DNA of 61,250 nt, filler included, from Dugesia japonica (taxonomy: Eukaryota): NCBI GenBank assembly GCA_001938525.1. It is 6 parts of 6 records of this genome, joined end to end, with 100 filler letters (N's around TTAATTAATTAA, not from the genome) between each part and the next. Parts side by side here need not be neighbours in the genome. Positions count along the whole stretch, not along the records: positions 1 to 8,664 come from MQRL01483348.1; positions 8,765 to 20,850 come from MQRL01492412.1; 4 more parts are not named here. One strand, given 5' to 3'. Positions 1-11,562 of the stretch are shown here, in pieces (the first letter of the stretch is position 1; each line of letters begins with the position of its first letter). A program made the translations under genes and the position numbers. The notes beneath the pieces were generated by a model. That model was not told where the DNA came from and did not search any database. It worked only from the letters and a program-made list of their open reading frames with translations.

Positions 1-1031
1 TTTCTTATCTAAATTTAATTTAATTTTGTCGTTTTTTCTTTCATTAATTAATTTAATTAATTCCTGTAATTTATTTTTTCTTTCTCCCATTATTAGTTCA
101 ATATGATTTTCTTAGTTTTGCCTAATGAATTAATTGTTATACATTATTTTCTTTATCTGGCTGATAGCTTCTATTACTTATTTTCTTCTTTTTGGCTTTC
201 TTATTTCTGAGTTGTTTCTTGCTGTAATTTTAGATTTTGCTGGTTATTACTTTGGTTTTAACTGTCACTTTTGGTTTTGCCTTTAACTATTTCCTTCTTT
301 CAATTAACTGTGACTTTCTTTTGTCTGAATTCTTGGTTTTCTCATTTGGTGACTTTTCACTTTCGGCTTTACCTACCGCCATTTTTCTTCTCCGTACCAG
401 ATGTTTTACCCCATCAAAATACTCTCCCTTCTGAGAAAATCCACTCCCGGAATTTAATTCTCTTGTCTAATAGATTCTTCGTCTTGTCTTCTTTATGGTT
501 GCTTTTAGTTCTCACTTGCTCCGATCGATTTCGAGCCCACTAATTGGTCCTAATAGACAATTATGATAACACTTAGATTCACATACACTCAATAGGTCAT
601 GTATTCATTTTGTCTATAGTAGTTTTAACAGGGTCTAGATAGATTGATAGAGAGCACAAGATCAGTATTGAGTAACTAAGAATTAATCAGTACATCATAC
701 ATCACAAGATATATAAACGGCCCTCTAATTCAACGTACCACATCTATTACGTGCTTTTAATTATACACCGATATTTATAGTTAATATAAATCATAAGTTC
801 ATTTTGATTTATCAGACAAAGGTTCCTGTCATTCTATGAAGTGATGAGTAGCGACGCTCGTTGGTTTCTCCTAAAAAAATTATCGAGTTGTTTGATTGAC
901 CATTGAATGATTGGTTCTACCATATGGGGCATATTATTACAATGGGCTTTATTGGTGTTGCTTAGTTCCAGATTTCGTTATCGCCTGGTTCTGGAGCTTG
1001 AAGTTGATTGATTTTGCTTACGTTTAGATTT

Positions 1032-1457
1032 TCATTTGCTCTGGTTTTCCAGTTCTGTTGATAATCCGTTAGCTGTTTGCAGAAAATTTTTCTTTACTTC
1101 AATTATTACTAACAGCTTCCCATTGGTTGCTCTCTGTTCTTCCGTGACCTTTTCTGATAAGAGTTTAAAATTCTGACATTGTACTTGGCTTGAACACAAG
1201 GCTTCTTCTAATTGGGATTTATGGTTTTGGCTGAATGTTATTCTTCTTTTTAGGTTGGCCATTGCTGTATCCCGTAATACTATTGCATCTCTTTTTTCTC
1301 CTATTGCTTTATCTGCTAAGAACTTGAAACTTTGGCATTGTACTTGACTCAACCGTAAAGCTTCCTCTAATCTGGATATCCGATCATCATATGCAATAAG
1401 CATTTTCTGCCAGTCTTCTGGTACTGTCTGGTGATTATCTTGTTCCCCATATGTCAT
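1032..1457 (-). CDS. Coiled-coil ORF with an internal duplication; probable retroelement accessory ORF
   Basis: 141-aa ORF containing RLEEALRLSQVQCQSFKFLADKA and QLEEALCSSQVQCQNFKLLSEKV; same strand as the neighbouring gag-like ORFs. Confidence 0.4.
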   Translation of the reverse strand: MTYGEQDNHQTVPEDWQKMLIAYDDRISRLEEALRLSQVQCQSFKFLADKAIGEKRDAIVLRDTAMANLKRRITFSQNHKSQLEEALCSSQVQCQNFKLLSEKVTEEQRATNGKLLVIIEVKKNFLQTANGLSTELENQSK

Positions 1458-1579
1458 TAGTTGTTTCCTTTTGGGATATCTGGCGATTGAATTTTTTCTT
1501 CGTCATTAGTTATTTGTAACATACACAACTTCTTTGATCTTTCTATTAGTATAGCTAAGTCTTCACTACTTACTTTAAA

Positions 1580-2200
1580 ATCTCATGGTGTGTCCGGTTT
1601 TACCACAGTTTAAACATCTAGGAATACCACATTGTTCTGCTAGATGTTCTCTCATTCTACACTTAGTACATTGTTTGTCCGGTTGGCATACTATTTCAGC
1701 ATGTCCTTTGCGGCCACATTTTTAGCATTTTAAATCACATGAGGTTATCATATGGTCTCTTTTTCTACATCTCGTGCAACCCTCCCTTCTAAAGATAGTT
1801 TCGATATCCGATTCATTTTTACATTGTTTCACTGTATGTTCTAATTTGCAGCATAATTTGCATGGTTTTTTCCAACAAAGTCTCATTGGGTGATCTGATT
1901 CCCCGCAATATTCGCATAGTCACTTTTTCCATTACCAGGTTGCCAAATGACCAATTTTACCACACTTATAGTTTTCGTTTTGTTTGGGGTTTCATTATTA
2001 CTTCTTCTGTTTCATTCCAGATTTTTAACAACAATTGCATTGCAAAATTCGTCCTTTTTTCTTGCTCTCTGAATTTCAATAGCCTTGGCTTTAGGACATT
2101 GTCTACTATTGCTTCTACCGATACCTTTTGTACTGCATTGGTAACCTCTTCCAATTCTTTTAGTTGTAACGTTAATACCCATAACAGTTCTTCCATCTGA
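1580..2200 (-). pseudogene. Array of about 5-7 CCHC zinc knuckles (gag/AIR1/CNBP-like), disrupted
   Basis: Manual minus-strand translation: CKLCCKLEHTVKQC, CTRCRKRDHMITSC, C*KCGRKGHAEIVC, CTKCRMREHLAEQC, CLNCGKTGHTP; preceded by helical ORF 1966-2196. Confidence 0.7.
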
Positions 2201-2283
2201 TCTGGAAGATCGTTGTTTGACGATAGTTCCGACTCTTGATTTGAGTTTTTCCTTGTTATATGTTACTTGTTACTTGTTCTGGG

Positions 2284-3571
2284 CTACATGTTTGATTTAT
2301 TTCGGCATTCTGTATATTTAGAGTGCTTACCTCCGGCATCTGGCCTCTGGTTTTCATTCTCCAGTTGTCTTTCTTCATTTTTCTTCTTTGTCACCACTTC
2401 TGTGAAGTCGTCTGGTTCTATTGTTTCTACGGTTTCCGCTTGTAGCATGCAAATTATAATTGAGTTGGTCATTGCGTTTTCTTGTTCTTCTTCGTTATTC
2501 TTGCGAATTTGTGTTGTTTTTTTCTTAGCTCTTTTCCGTTTATTGCTACAATTTTTCCAAATGTGCCCTTTTTTGCCACAGGAGTGGCAAATTTTATCTG
2601 TCCAACAACTTTCTTTTATATGTCACTTTTTCGCATGTTTTGCATTTTGCATATTGATAATGATCCGCGTTTTTGTTCTATTAGTTTTAGTAGTCTTGCT
2701 ACTAACGCGGATTTCTCTTCTGCTTCTTCAGACATTAGATTTACCTTGTGAGTTATTTTGTTTAGTTCTCGTAGCTGCATTGTTACCGTTCGAAGTAAGC
2801 CTTTAGATGCATTCAAGATTTCTTCTTCAATGTTCTTTTCATACTTTGTTTTCTTATTCATTGCTAATTTTTGTTCTTGCCACTTTGATACTATCTGTTT
2901 GTTAAGTAATGTTAATGCTCGGAAATCTTTTTTTCTTACGCTTATCTTTAATCGGTTTCGATGTTTATTGTCTGGCCCATCTCCTTTATTTTGAACGAAT
3001 ATATTGATTCCAGCATTTTTCCAGAGTCCTCCTAATTGTATTAGGTCCATTGACTCGCTGTCAATAAGTATAGCACCAAAATTTAATTCTGTAGATTTTC
3101 CGTCTGCTGATTCTCCTGACTCTTGGACGTTATTTCTAACTAATTCCGCTATATCACACAAGCGGTAATCTCCTGATATAATTAGCTTTCTCTTATTGTA
3201 TTCTGCGTTTTTTTTATTTCAAATGATTCTGGTTTTAGACCAGACAACCTTTGACCTTGATAATAAACTAATTCTTCCAATAACACTTGGTTTTCTTGGT
3301 TTATCATGGGATTAAAATTATGGAGGGCTTCAATGAGTTTGGCTGTTCTGGTTGAAATTAATTGTCTATTTTTACTTATCATTTGGATGACCTCTTGGAT
3401 TTTATTTACCCTATCTATTTCTGCTTCCACTTCTTTGATTACCCTGGTTTTTACATCTATAATTTCTTTTGTTAGGCAATTTTGGGATTGGTCTTCCAGG
3501 ATATCCCGGTTTTTCTCCAGATGTGTGGTTGCATGATTTACTTCTGCTATTTGCTGGTTTTTTTGCAACAT
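2284..3571 (-). pseudogene. Fragmented coiled-coil ORF(s) of the retroelement
   Basis: Consecutive K/E/Q-rich ORFs 3182-3571, 2616-3161 and 2284-2472 on the same strand, separated by stops or frameshifts. Confidence 0.35.
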
Positions 3572-4372
3572 GCGTATTGTTTCTGATCTTGGCTTTTCTA
3601 CTAAAATTTGAAGTGTAGTAAAATCTAATTTCGTTCTGACTTACAATTTTGGCATTAAATCCGTTCTTAATACTGCATCTTATTTATCTACATTAGTTTT
3701 CATATTAAGGAATTGATGTTTTATTGTTTTTCTTGAAGTTGAGCATTACATTCTAGTGTTCCAATAATCTGCATCGTTTTTTCGTTTACTCATTTTGCCC
3801 TGGTTGTATAAGGTTTTATTTCTTTTCTCTTACTTTAAGATATATTTCTTATATTTAACATCGATCTGGATGCTCCTGTGTCCAATAGTGTTTTCATCGG
3901 TTGGTTGTTAATTCATATTATTAACAAGAGGCTAAATCCACCATTTTAAGTTTCTATTACTGATATTTGCTCGTTTTGTTTCTCTTCATTAAGTTCCGTG
4001 TTTTTTTATCTTCTGGAGCTATTTTATTCTAATTTTGCATGATTTCCTCTGGTGAGTTTCCTCCTAAATTAAGTTTTAGTTTAGCCATGGCTTCTTTTAG
4101 TCGAGTGATTCTTTGTTGATTAATTTTCATTTGTTTTCTTAACTGGCAGTTTTCTTTGGACAGGATTCCTGTTACCTCTTTGTTTCTTGTATTTTCATCA
4201 TCTTTATCTTGTCGTATTTGGTGATATTGTTCATATTTAATTGGAAAATGGTTTTCTTCGTAATTACGCCTTCATCCGACTTCAGTTACATTTCCTGATC
4301 GTGCGATGTATATTCTGTGTCGACATAATCATGTAATATGCTCCCGTTTTTCGCAGACGTAAAATACCATAT

Positions 4373-5140
4373 TTATTTTGGGTATTCCTTAGCTTGGTGC
4401 CCTTGTCTGTTGCAATTGTAACATTTTTGTAGTTGTTGAGTCTTCGGTGATATTCTTTTAGTTTCTTGGTTTTCTGGTAATTTGATTCCTAACATGAGCA
4501 ATCTCGCTGATTCCTTGCTTCGATTCTCAATTCGTTGGTTCTGGGCTTCGTTAACTCCATTATTGTTTCCTGAACTTTGTTCTTCTTCCGATCTGATTCT
4601 CTTGAGTAGGCATCTCTCTTCTGGGTGTCCTTTCTTACCGCAATTGCTACAATATCTGTGCCAACAATTATCCATAGAGTGGTTTTTTCCGACCGCAGAT
4701 GCTACAATAAGTATATTTGATTGTACATTGATTAGTATTATGATGAGTTCTCCGTCAATTTTGACATCTACTTTTTATGTTATTTTGTTTATACCTTGTT
4801 TCTTGACTAGCAGTTTCCTTTCCTAAAATTAACCGTTGCTCTGCTAATATTTCACTCATTGCTTCCGCTTTTAATATAGCGGTGGTCAAATCCTGGGGTT
4901 TACTTGAAGCTACGTGACTTCTTATCAATGGGTCTCGTAAGCCAGATCTGAAACATCTTATTATCATTTCTTCATTTGTTAGACCTGCTAATCTTGCAAG
5001 ATCCTTTATTACTGCTGCAAACTCCTGAAAGGTTTCATTTTTTTCTTGTTTCCTTCTTGCAAATTGTTCATATCGTCCCCATATTAGTTTATTTTCTTGT
5101 TCTCATATTGCTCCTTCTTCCATTGCTTTCCTGATAGTAA
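4373..5140 (-). pseudogene. Retrotransposon gag-like ORF with zinc knuckles
   Basis: RRKQEKNETFQEFAAVIKDLARLAG...CFRSGLRDPLIR (gag major-homology-like region), then CSICGRKNHSMDNC, CSNCGKKGHPEERC and CYNCNRQGHQAKEY; frameshifted. Confidence 0.75.
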
Positions 5141-5147
5141 CTTTTTC

Positions 5148-5344
5148 TATAATTACAATTATTGTGAGAATAATTGTTGGACTTAACCATTGATCGGATT
5201 TCAGATTTCATTAAAATAAGATAAGGCTTCGATCAAAACAAAACAAAATTTATTTGTAAAAAAATTTGTAAAAAAAATCTATTTGTAAAAAAAAAGTTCA
5301 ATTTTGTTTTGTTTTGATCGAAGCCTTATCTAATTTTAATGAAA
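5148..5344. repeat. Dispersed repeat with a 45-bp inverted-repeat hairpin
   Basis: Arms 5206-5250 and 5300-5344 are reverse complements with one mismatch; 5148-5216 recurs nearly identically at 61182-61250. Confidence 0.75.
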
Positions 5345-5393
5345 ACTTTTTCTACTTTCTTCATTTTTTGATTTATGAGTGGCCTATCTGATT

Positions 5394-6244
5394 CTATATG
5401 TAGCATATATAATACTTCTGGTTCATTATTCTTGGGTAAACTTTTAAAAACTTGCCATTTCCGTTGCAACAACGTACCTCTTCCTTTTCTTCCATATTAT
5501 TTCTACTACCTCGACATCCTTTCTTGGAACAATTTAATATTCTGTGACCCATTTTTTGATAATAGTGACATATGAGTGCGGGGTTTGGGTACTCTTTCAT
5601 TTTATGTCCCTTGCGCCGGAACTTTCCACACTTCTTCTTTGATAAGCATTCTATCACCGTATGACCTTTATTGCAACATTTCTTGCAGCGCATGAATACG
5701 TAATTCTGCCCTAGGATCTTTTTCTCTTCCTCCCGATGTATTGCAATAGCTTCCGTAATTGTTTTGGGTTCTTTTATTGGAACTATTTGTTGTATTTCTT
5801 TACTTTTGATTCCTTTAATGTCGATTCCGACACACTGATCGCCAGTTTCCTTTGACAAAGGTACTTTAAACAATCGCTGTCTAAATCGGATGGCTTAATT
5901 TTGAGCTGGTTCTTTGTCCTATTGTTGACATTGTGAGAGTTCCTTTGATGCTTGTAGAAGTCTCTTTGTTCTTCGAAACTTTGTCTAAGAAGTAGGTCTA
6001 CTTCCTTCCATGACTTGAGTGGTTCATCAGTTTCTTGACTATGTTGTCGGTAAACTTTAAAAGAATTTTCTCTCTGGTATAATGCTACCAAGTTGATTTT
6101 ATCTTTTTCACTTTAACCATAGGAATTTGAGTGATTTTCCTAGCTCCATAAGAATACGTCCACATAGTTGGGGTTTCCGTCAAAGGGTTTACTCCGGTAT
6201 CTCTCCACAGGCTTTGGGTTCAATGACGGGTTATCGTTGTTCAT
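5394..6244 (-). pseudogene. Further gag-like ORF with three degenerate zinc knuckles
   Basis: N-terminal KPFDGNPNYVDVFL; CKKCCNKGHTVIEC, CGKFRRKGHKMKEY, CHYYQKMGHRILNC; frameshifts. Confidence 0.65.
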
Positions 6245-6559
6245 TTATAATGATAAATATTAAAATTTTATAACTGGATAGTGCCTATTTGTTGCAGCAA
6301 TTTCCGATTTAAATAGGCTTGCTCCGATAAATGCTCTGTACCTGTAACAAGATATTTTATTCACCCCCGACAATACGATTTTACCCTCGAGATTTATCTT
6401 TGTACCCCTTTATTTTGGTTTCAGTTTGTATGTTATATTAGCCATGTCCTCGAGATAATTTCCTTGTTCATTCCCCACCCAGGTTTGTTCAAATTTGACG
6501 TCCTCGTCGAAGCCCATGAATCTTATTAATTGCGTTTTAACTTTGAACAGCAACTCGCG

Positions 6560-7095
6560 GAATCAACTATGAAAATCCCTTTTAAGAGAACAGTTAAGCT
6601 TGAAATTCTTTTAATATTCGAATAATTATGCGTGAAAATCCTTTTTTTATAAGAAAGTTTAAGCGTGGAATCCTTTTTATATCTTAACCACTATGCGTAA
6701 AATTAACTATGAGACAATCCTTTTTTAATAAAAACAATTAAACTTAAATCTCTTTTTTATACATGAAATTAGCTTAAAAAAATCCATTTTTATAGGAGCA
6801 ATTAAACTTAAATCCTTTTTATATCTGAACAATTATGCTCGAATTTAACTATGAAAAATTCTTTTTTATAGGAACCATTAAACTTAAATCCTTTTTTATA
6901 TCTAAACTAAAAATCTTTTCATATCTGAACAATTAACTATGACAATTAAACTTGAAATCCTTTTTTATATTTGAGAATCATACTGAGATATCAAAATTTA
7001 ACAATGTGAAATCCTTTTATCATTCGAATCTATTATTATGCACGTTTGAATTAACTTAAGAACACTTTAATATCTGAATCCTATTATGCGGAAGT
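6560..7095. repeat. Imperfect tandem repeat array upstream of the gag-like ORFs
   Basis: Recurring AATTAAACTTAAATCCTTTTTTATATCTGAAC / TTAACTATG units of roughly 40-60 bp. Confidence 0.65.
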
Positions 7096-8664
7096 GTGTT
7101 AGAACAAACCAGCGAAAAATTTGTCGTGAGACCAGGCTAGGTACTTTTAACAGTTTACCAATGCAAATTGCTTTTGCGTGACGAGGCGCTTCCAGTAATT
7201 ACAATCAAGTAAATACCGTTTCTGGTGATGGGGTAGTCGAGACACCCAGTAACTCCTGCTACGTGACATGCATAAGAGTAGATCATACCGATAGTGGCTT
7301 TTTGAAACGTGCCCAGCACTCCTTGACCGTAGGTTCTCTGGAACCTACCAAGTACTGGAACCAAGTATATCTCGGTTCAGTATATCCCCATTTGTGGTGT
7401 ACATATACCTAGCTTGATATGAGTAGAGCGCACTCTTAACCGACGAGACTGGTTTTCCTGGTCCAGTCGCTTTCCTCATTTTATAACAATCCCACAGCCC
7501 GAAAAGTTTTGTTGTGGACAAGTGAGCCAATCGTATCCCGGATGTCTGGTTGATCAGACCAATTAACAACCACTAATCTCGGTTAGTATGATAGCTGAGG
7601 CCCCTCATTGTGCTAAGACTTCCTGTAGGTTGTGTTAATTAATTTTTATCACCATTCTTGCTCCTAGGCGCGTTGGAAGTACCATTTAAGTAGCAGGCGA
7701 ACTCTCCTGACCAGCCGGGTAGCCATAAAATTTGTGGCTAAATGTTACTAAAATTTGAGTAACATTTAAAGTGCAAGCGAATTCTCCCGGCTTTCAAATT
7801 TATCTTCTTTGTCTTTTGTAAATCCTTGTTTCTAGTCAGGCTTGTGAGGTAGGAGGGCCTTTCTGTGAACCCTTAATTTATTTCATTTTTATTTCCAACA
7901 TTCTTAATTTGCTCATACTTCAATTTTCTAAGATCCTGAGTTCACAACAATTTTACTATTCTTACTTTACTTCTTTTAACCAAAAATCTGCTTAAACTTA
8001 ATATACTTTACTTACTTTTGATTGTTTTACTTGATTTTTTCAATCTTAATAATAATATACTGGATTTTCATTTAATGCTGTAGATTTACTTCCAAATTCT
8101 TATATTGCTTTAATCATGATATTTTGTATTTGTACTTGATTTACTTTATTATGCTTAATTTACTTTGAGATGTCGAGTTTACTTCAATATTCTCAATTTA
8201 TTTATTTAGTATTATTTTAGTTTTAATATACTTCTTTTATTTTAAAATGCACCATCCGTTTTAATCTTAATAATCTGGCTACAATTTGCACAACATTCCT
8301 GATTTATTTTAAATTGCTTAGGCTTGCTTCAATTTCATTTTATTCTTATTTTACTTTGCTTTTACTACCTTAATTCTTATATCCTTACTTAAAAATTAAT
8401 TTTACCACTTTAAACCTTATTTTATCTTTACTTTTAATTAATTTGGATTCCAAGAGTTTCAATTTTATTCCAAGTCTTAGAAGTCTCTCCAATGTATGTG
8501 GCATTACACCCATTACATTTAAATTGATAGACCAGATCAGAGCACAAGCCTAAAGGGGTTACAGATTTATTATTGAACATATTTATAACGTTTTGAGATT
8601 GAGAAACAACCTTTATATTTAAATTATTCTTAAGAGCATTTTCAATCGAAAGTTTGAATTTTTT

Positions 8665-8764
8665 NNNNNNNNNNNNNNNNNNNNNNNNNNNNNNNNNNNN
8701 NNNNNNNNTTAATTAATTAANNNNNNNNNNNNNNNNNNNNNNNNNNNNNNNNNNNNNNNNNNNN
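8665..8764. other. Artificial contig linker (N run, TTAATTAATTAA, N run); also at 20851-20950, 29778-29877, 39228-39327 and 49527-49626
   Basis: The identical 12-mer, with stops in all six frames, is centred in 100-bp N gaps five times. Confidence 0.95.
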
Positions 8765-11071
8765 TTATATTCAAGTTGCATGACAAAACCATTACCAACA
8801 GGGGCATTTTACATTGATGTAAATTTAACATATGAAAGAGCAACTGATGAAATGAATTATCTTTATGAGGTGGATCTTGATTATCCAAAAGAGATTCATG
8901 ATAGAACAAAATATTATCCATTAGCACCAGATAGAATAATTATTACAGAAGACATGTTAGCGAGATATCAAAAGTCTTTTAATAAAAATTTAACAAATAA
9001 AAATGAAAAACCTACAATTAATCAATATGATCATAAAAATTATGTGGTATTAGGATCTAAACTAGATTTATATTTAGATCAACGGATGATATTAAAAAAG
9101 ATTCATACAAAATATAAAATTCCAACATGTACTTGGCTAAAAGATTATATACTTTTTAATATTGAACAAAGAAATATAGCAAGAAGAAATGGAGATGAAT
9201 TTGGAGTTGATTTCTTTAAATAATGAATAATTCATTTTATGGTAAAACACTTGAAAATATTAGGAATAGATGTAATGGGAAAATTGTAGGATCAAATAGA
9301 GAATTTCAGAAATTTGTTAGTAAACCAAGTTATTTAAGCAGTAAAATTTTCACAATAGATGAAGAAAATGTCAGTAATATGGCGGCAATGCATATGAGAA
9401 AAACCAATTTAAATTATAATAAATTTCCATATTTAGGATTTACAATTCTTGAATATGCAAAAGAAGTAATGTATAATTTTGTCTATAATCAATTAGAACC
9501 AACAGTGTGACAAAATAATTATAAAATTCATTACAGCGATAGTGTGACAAAAGACACACCAAAAATTTTAAGAAAAAATAATAAAACTGAGATAAAAAAG
9601 ATTTCATAAATATCAACATGTTATGAAAAAACTTTGATGGTAAAGAATTTTCTTATCCACAGAATTATTAAATATGGACAAAAAGTGGATTGAGTAAATT
9701 AAACAAAGTAATTAAACATTCTACAATTAAAAAGATTTTTAGGGTAAGAACAAAGATGGGAATTGTAGATGGCACACAAGATCATTCACTATTAAATGAA
9801 AATGGTGAACAAATTAAACCAACAGATGTAACCAATGAAACCAAATTACTTCATAATAAAATATTTAAAGAAACAAATAATGAAATAAATATTTATAAAA
9901 TTTTATTTGATATTTATGAAAATGAACCCAATGATTTATTTTCAAAGACAGCTTTTATAGATGGCTTCTTTCTTGGAGATGGGTCAGCGGGAATTTATAA
10001 ATATGAATCAGGGATAAAATATTGTTGTACATTTAATAATCAAGATTTATATTTATTAAATAAAATAAAAAGATTTCATAAAGAAGTTTATAATAAAGAA
10101 ACAATGATATACGATACAATGAAATCATCACACGTTTATAAACTTAATTTACAAAATCCACAAATACATGCAAAGTATTTTTCTAAAAATTATTATAATG
10201 AATTTGAAAAGACAAAACAAATTCCAGAATATGTTTTAAATGCGTCATTTGACACGAGATATTGGTTCTTTGTAGGATTCTATGCAGCAGGTGGTAGTAA
10301 AACTTTCAATGGAAAAAATAGTTATAGAACAATTAGTTTTACACAAAAAGGAAAAGAATGTTTTACACAGTTGTATTATTTAGCAACATCTTTAGGTATT
10401 AATTTAGTTGTTTCAGAAAAAAAAGATAAACCAAACTGTTTCAGTGCTATGCAAACAAAAACTGAAATTTCAACTAATGTGCAGTGTTAGATTTTTAAGA
10501 GAAGAACTAGAAGATGTTTATGATATCAAAACAAGCGATGGATCATTTAACTGTGGATTTTCCATTAATTATAAAAAATACTGATAGTTTATTTGTAGAG
10601 ATAATTGGAAGAGATAATTTAGAAAAATTAAATAGATTAACTGGAAGTGAACTATTTCAGATGAAGGATGAAATACCTAATAACGAAATACTTAAATCTG
10701 ATTTTATAAAACCAAAATTATATGCTTATCAGTGGGTCCTTATGGGTGAAGAAGTAGATAATATTAAATTTCAGAAAAAACATAAAGGTGTACAATCTTT
10801 TAATAAAATTGGAATGGAAGAATTTGATAGTGTTTTAGAAGATTCAACTTCAATAGTTTACGGTACAAATTATTCATTAAAATCTTAATTAAATGAAATT
10901 AAAGTAACCAGTCAAAAGAAAATAGCTTTAACAGGTTACAGTGATAAGAGAATTATAGAAAATAATGGTGCCAGAACATGGCCACATGGAAATAAATATG
11001 AATGCTCAAACTGTGGAGATTGGTATTTAAAATTAGATTTAATAAATAATAATTTAAGATGTAATCAATAA
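8765..11071 (+). pseudogene. Protein-primed DNA polymerase B (C-terminal half) with an intein at motif C
   Basis: YEVDLDYPKEIHD..YYPLAP; FFK*MNNSFYGKTLENIRNR (motif B); YSD|intein|TDSLF (motif C); MKDE, KPKLY, KKHKGV, KKIALTGYSDKR...TWPHG; stops at 9220, 9508 and 10886. Confidence 0.93.
9541..10579 (+). mobile_element. Intein with LAGLIDADG homing endonuclease (PolB motif-C site), pseudogenised
   Basis: Block A SVTKDTP; block B GIVDGTQDHSLL; endonuclease blocks FIDGFFLGDG and FFVGFYAAGG; block H QLYYLATSLGI; block F VYDIKT; block G LIIKN followed by +1 Thr. Removing it restores YSDTDS. Confidence 0.93.
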
Positions 11072-11085
11072 TTTTTTATTAAGAA

Positions 11086-11559
11086 ATGACAACGAATCCA
11101 ACAGAAAAAGAATTAGAAAAAATAATATATTCAAAGAAATGTAAATCAGTAAAGATTGATGGTAAAAATTATTATATCAGTAAAAAAGTAAAAGATGAAC
11201 CTAAGAAACAAAAAAGTAGTGAAGGTGGATTTACTTTTCTGGCGGCCATCCCAGCTATCAGAGGCGCTTTAGCTGGCACAGCGGGAATAGCCTCAGGCAT
11301 AGAAAGTACCGTCACGAATTCAAGACAAGCAATCAAAGCACAAAAAGAAATAGAACAAATTGGCAGTAAAGCCCACAAAGGACATGGTAGTGGTATTTAT
11401 TTAACACCTTATCAAGGTTCTGCAATACATAAATATTTAAAGAATATCATTGATGATCCAAACTTAAAAGAATTAACAAAAAATTTTAAACATGGTGTTG
11501 AACTAGAAATAAAAGGAGATGGATTATATTTAAATCCTTATACTAAAAATAATGTATAG
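11086..11559 (+). CDS. Adenovirus pX-like virion core protein candidate
   Basis: Intact 157 aa; basic segment then EGGFTFLAAIPAIRGALAGTAGIASGI; KGHGSGIYLTPY and IKGDGLYLNPY repeats. Confidence 0.6.
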   Translation: MTTNPTEKELEKIIYSKKCKSVKIDGKNYYISKKVKDEPKKQKSSEGGFTFLAAIPAIRGALAGTAGIASGIESTVTNSRQAIKAQKEIEQIGSKAHKGHGSGIYLTPYQGSAIHKYLKNIIDDPNLKELTKNFKHGVELEIKGDGLYLNPYTKNNV

Positions 11560-11562
11560 AAA

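Noticed and set aside
520-850. Possible LTR with a tRNA-Pro-like PBS (minus strand), and another possible LTR/PBS near 8475-8664
   Set aside because: The two regions share only AGAGCACAAG; no clear PPT, TSD or paired LTR could be established.
2267-3536. Hydrophobic plus-strand ORFs (also 237-543, 18042-18296 and 60623-60985)
   Set aside because: Antisense shadows of K/E/N-rich coding sequence or A-rich DNA on the other strand.
7100-7860. GC-richer segment with short minus-strand ORFs
   Set aside because: Possibly a decayed retroelement ORF, but no motif could be recognised.
8709-8720. TTAATTAATTAA recurring about every 10 kb as a biological repeat
   Set aside because: Always centred in 100-bp N gaps, so it is an assembly linker. 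Polinton pieces on different contigs cannot be treated as one element.
9690-10490. Free-standing homing endonuclease gene or group I intron ORF
   Set aside because: It is flanked by Hint splicing blocks continuous with both PolB exteins, so it is an intein domain.
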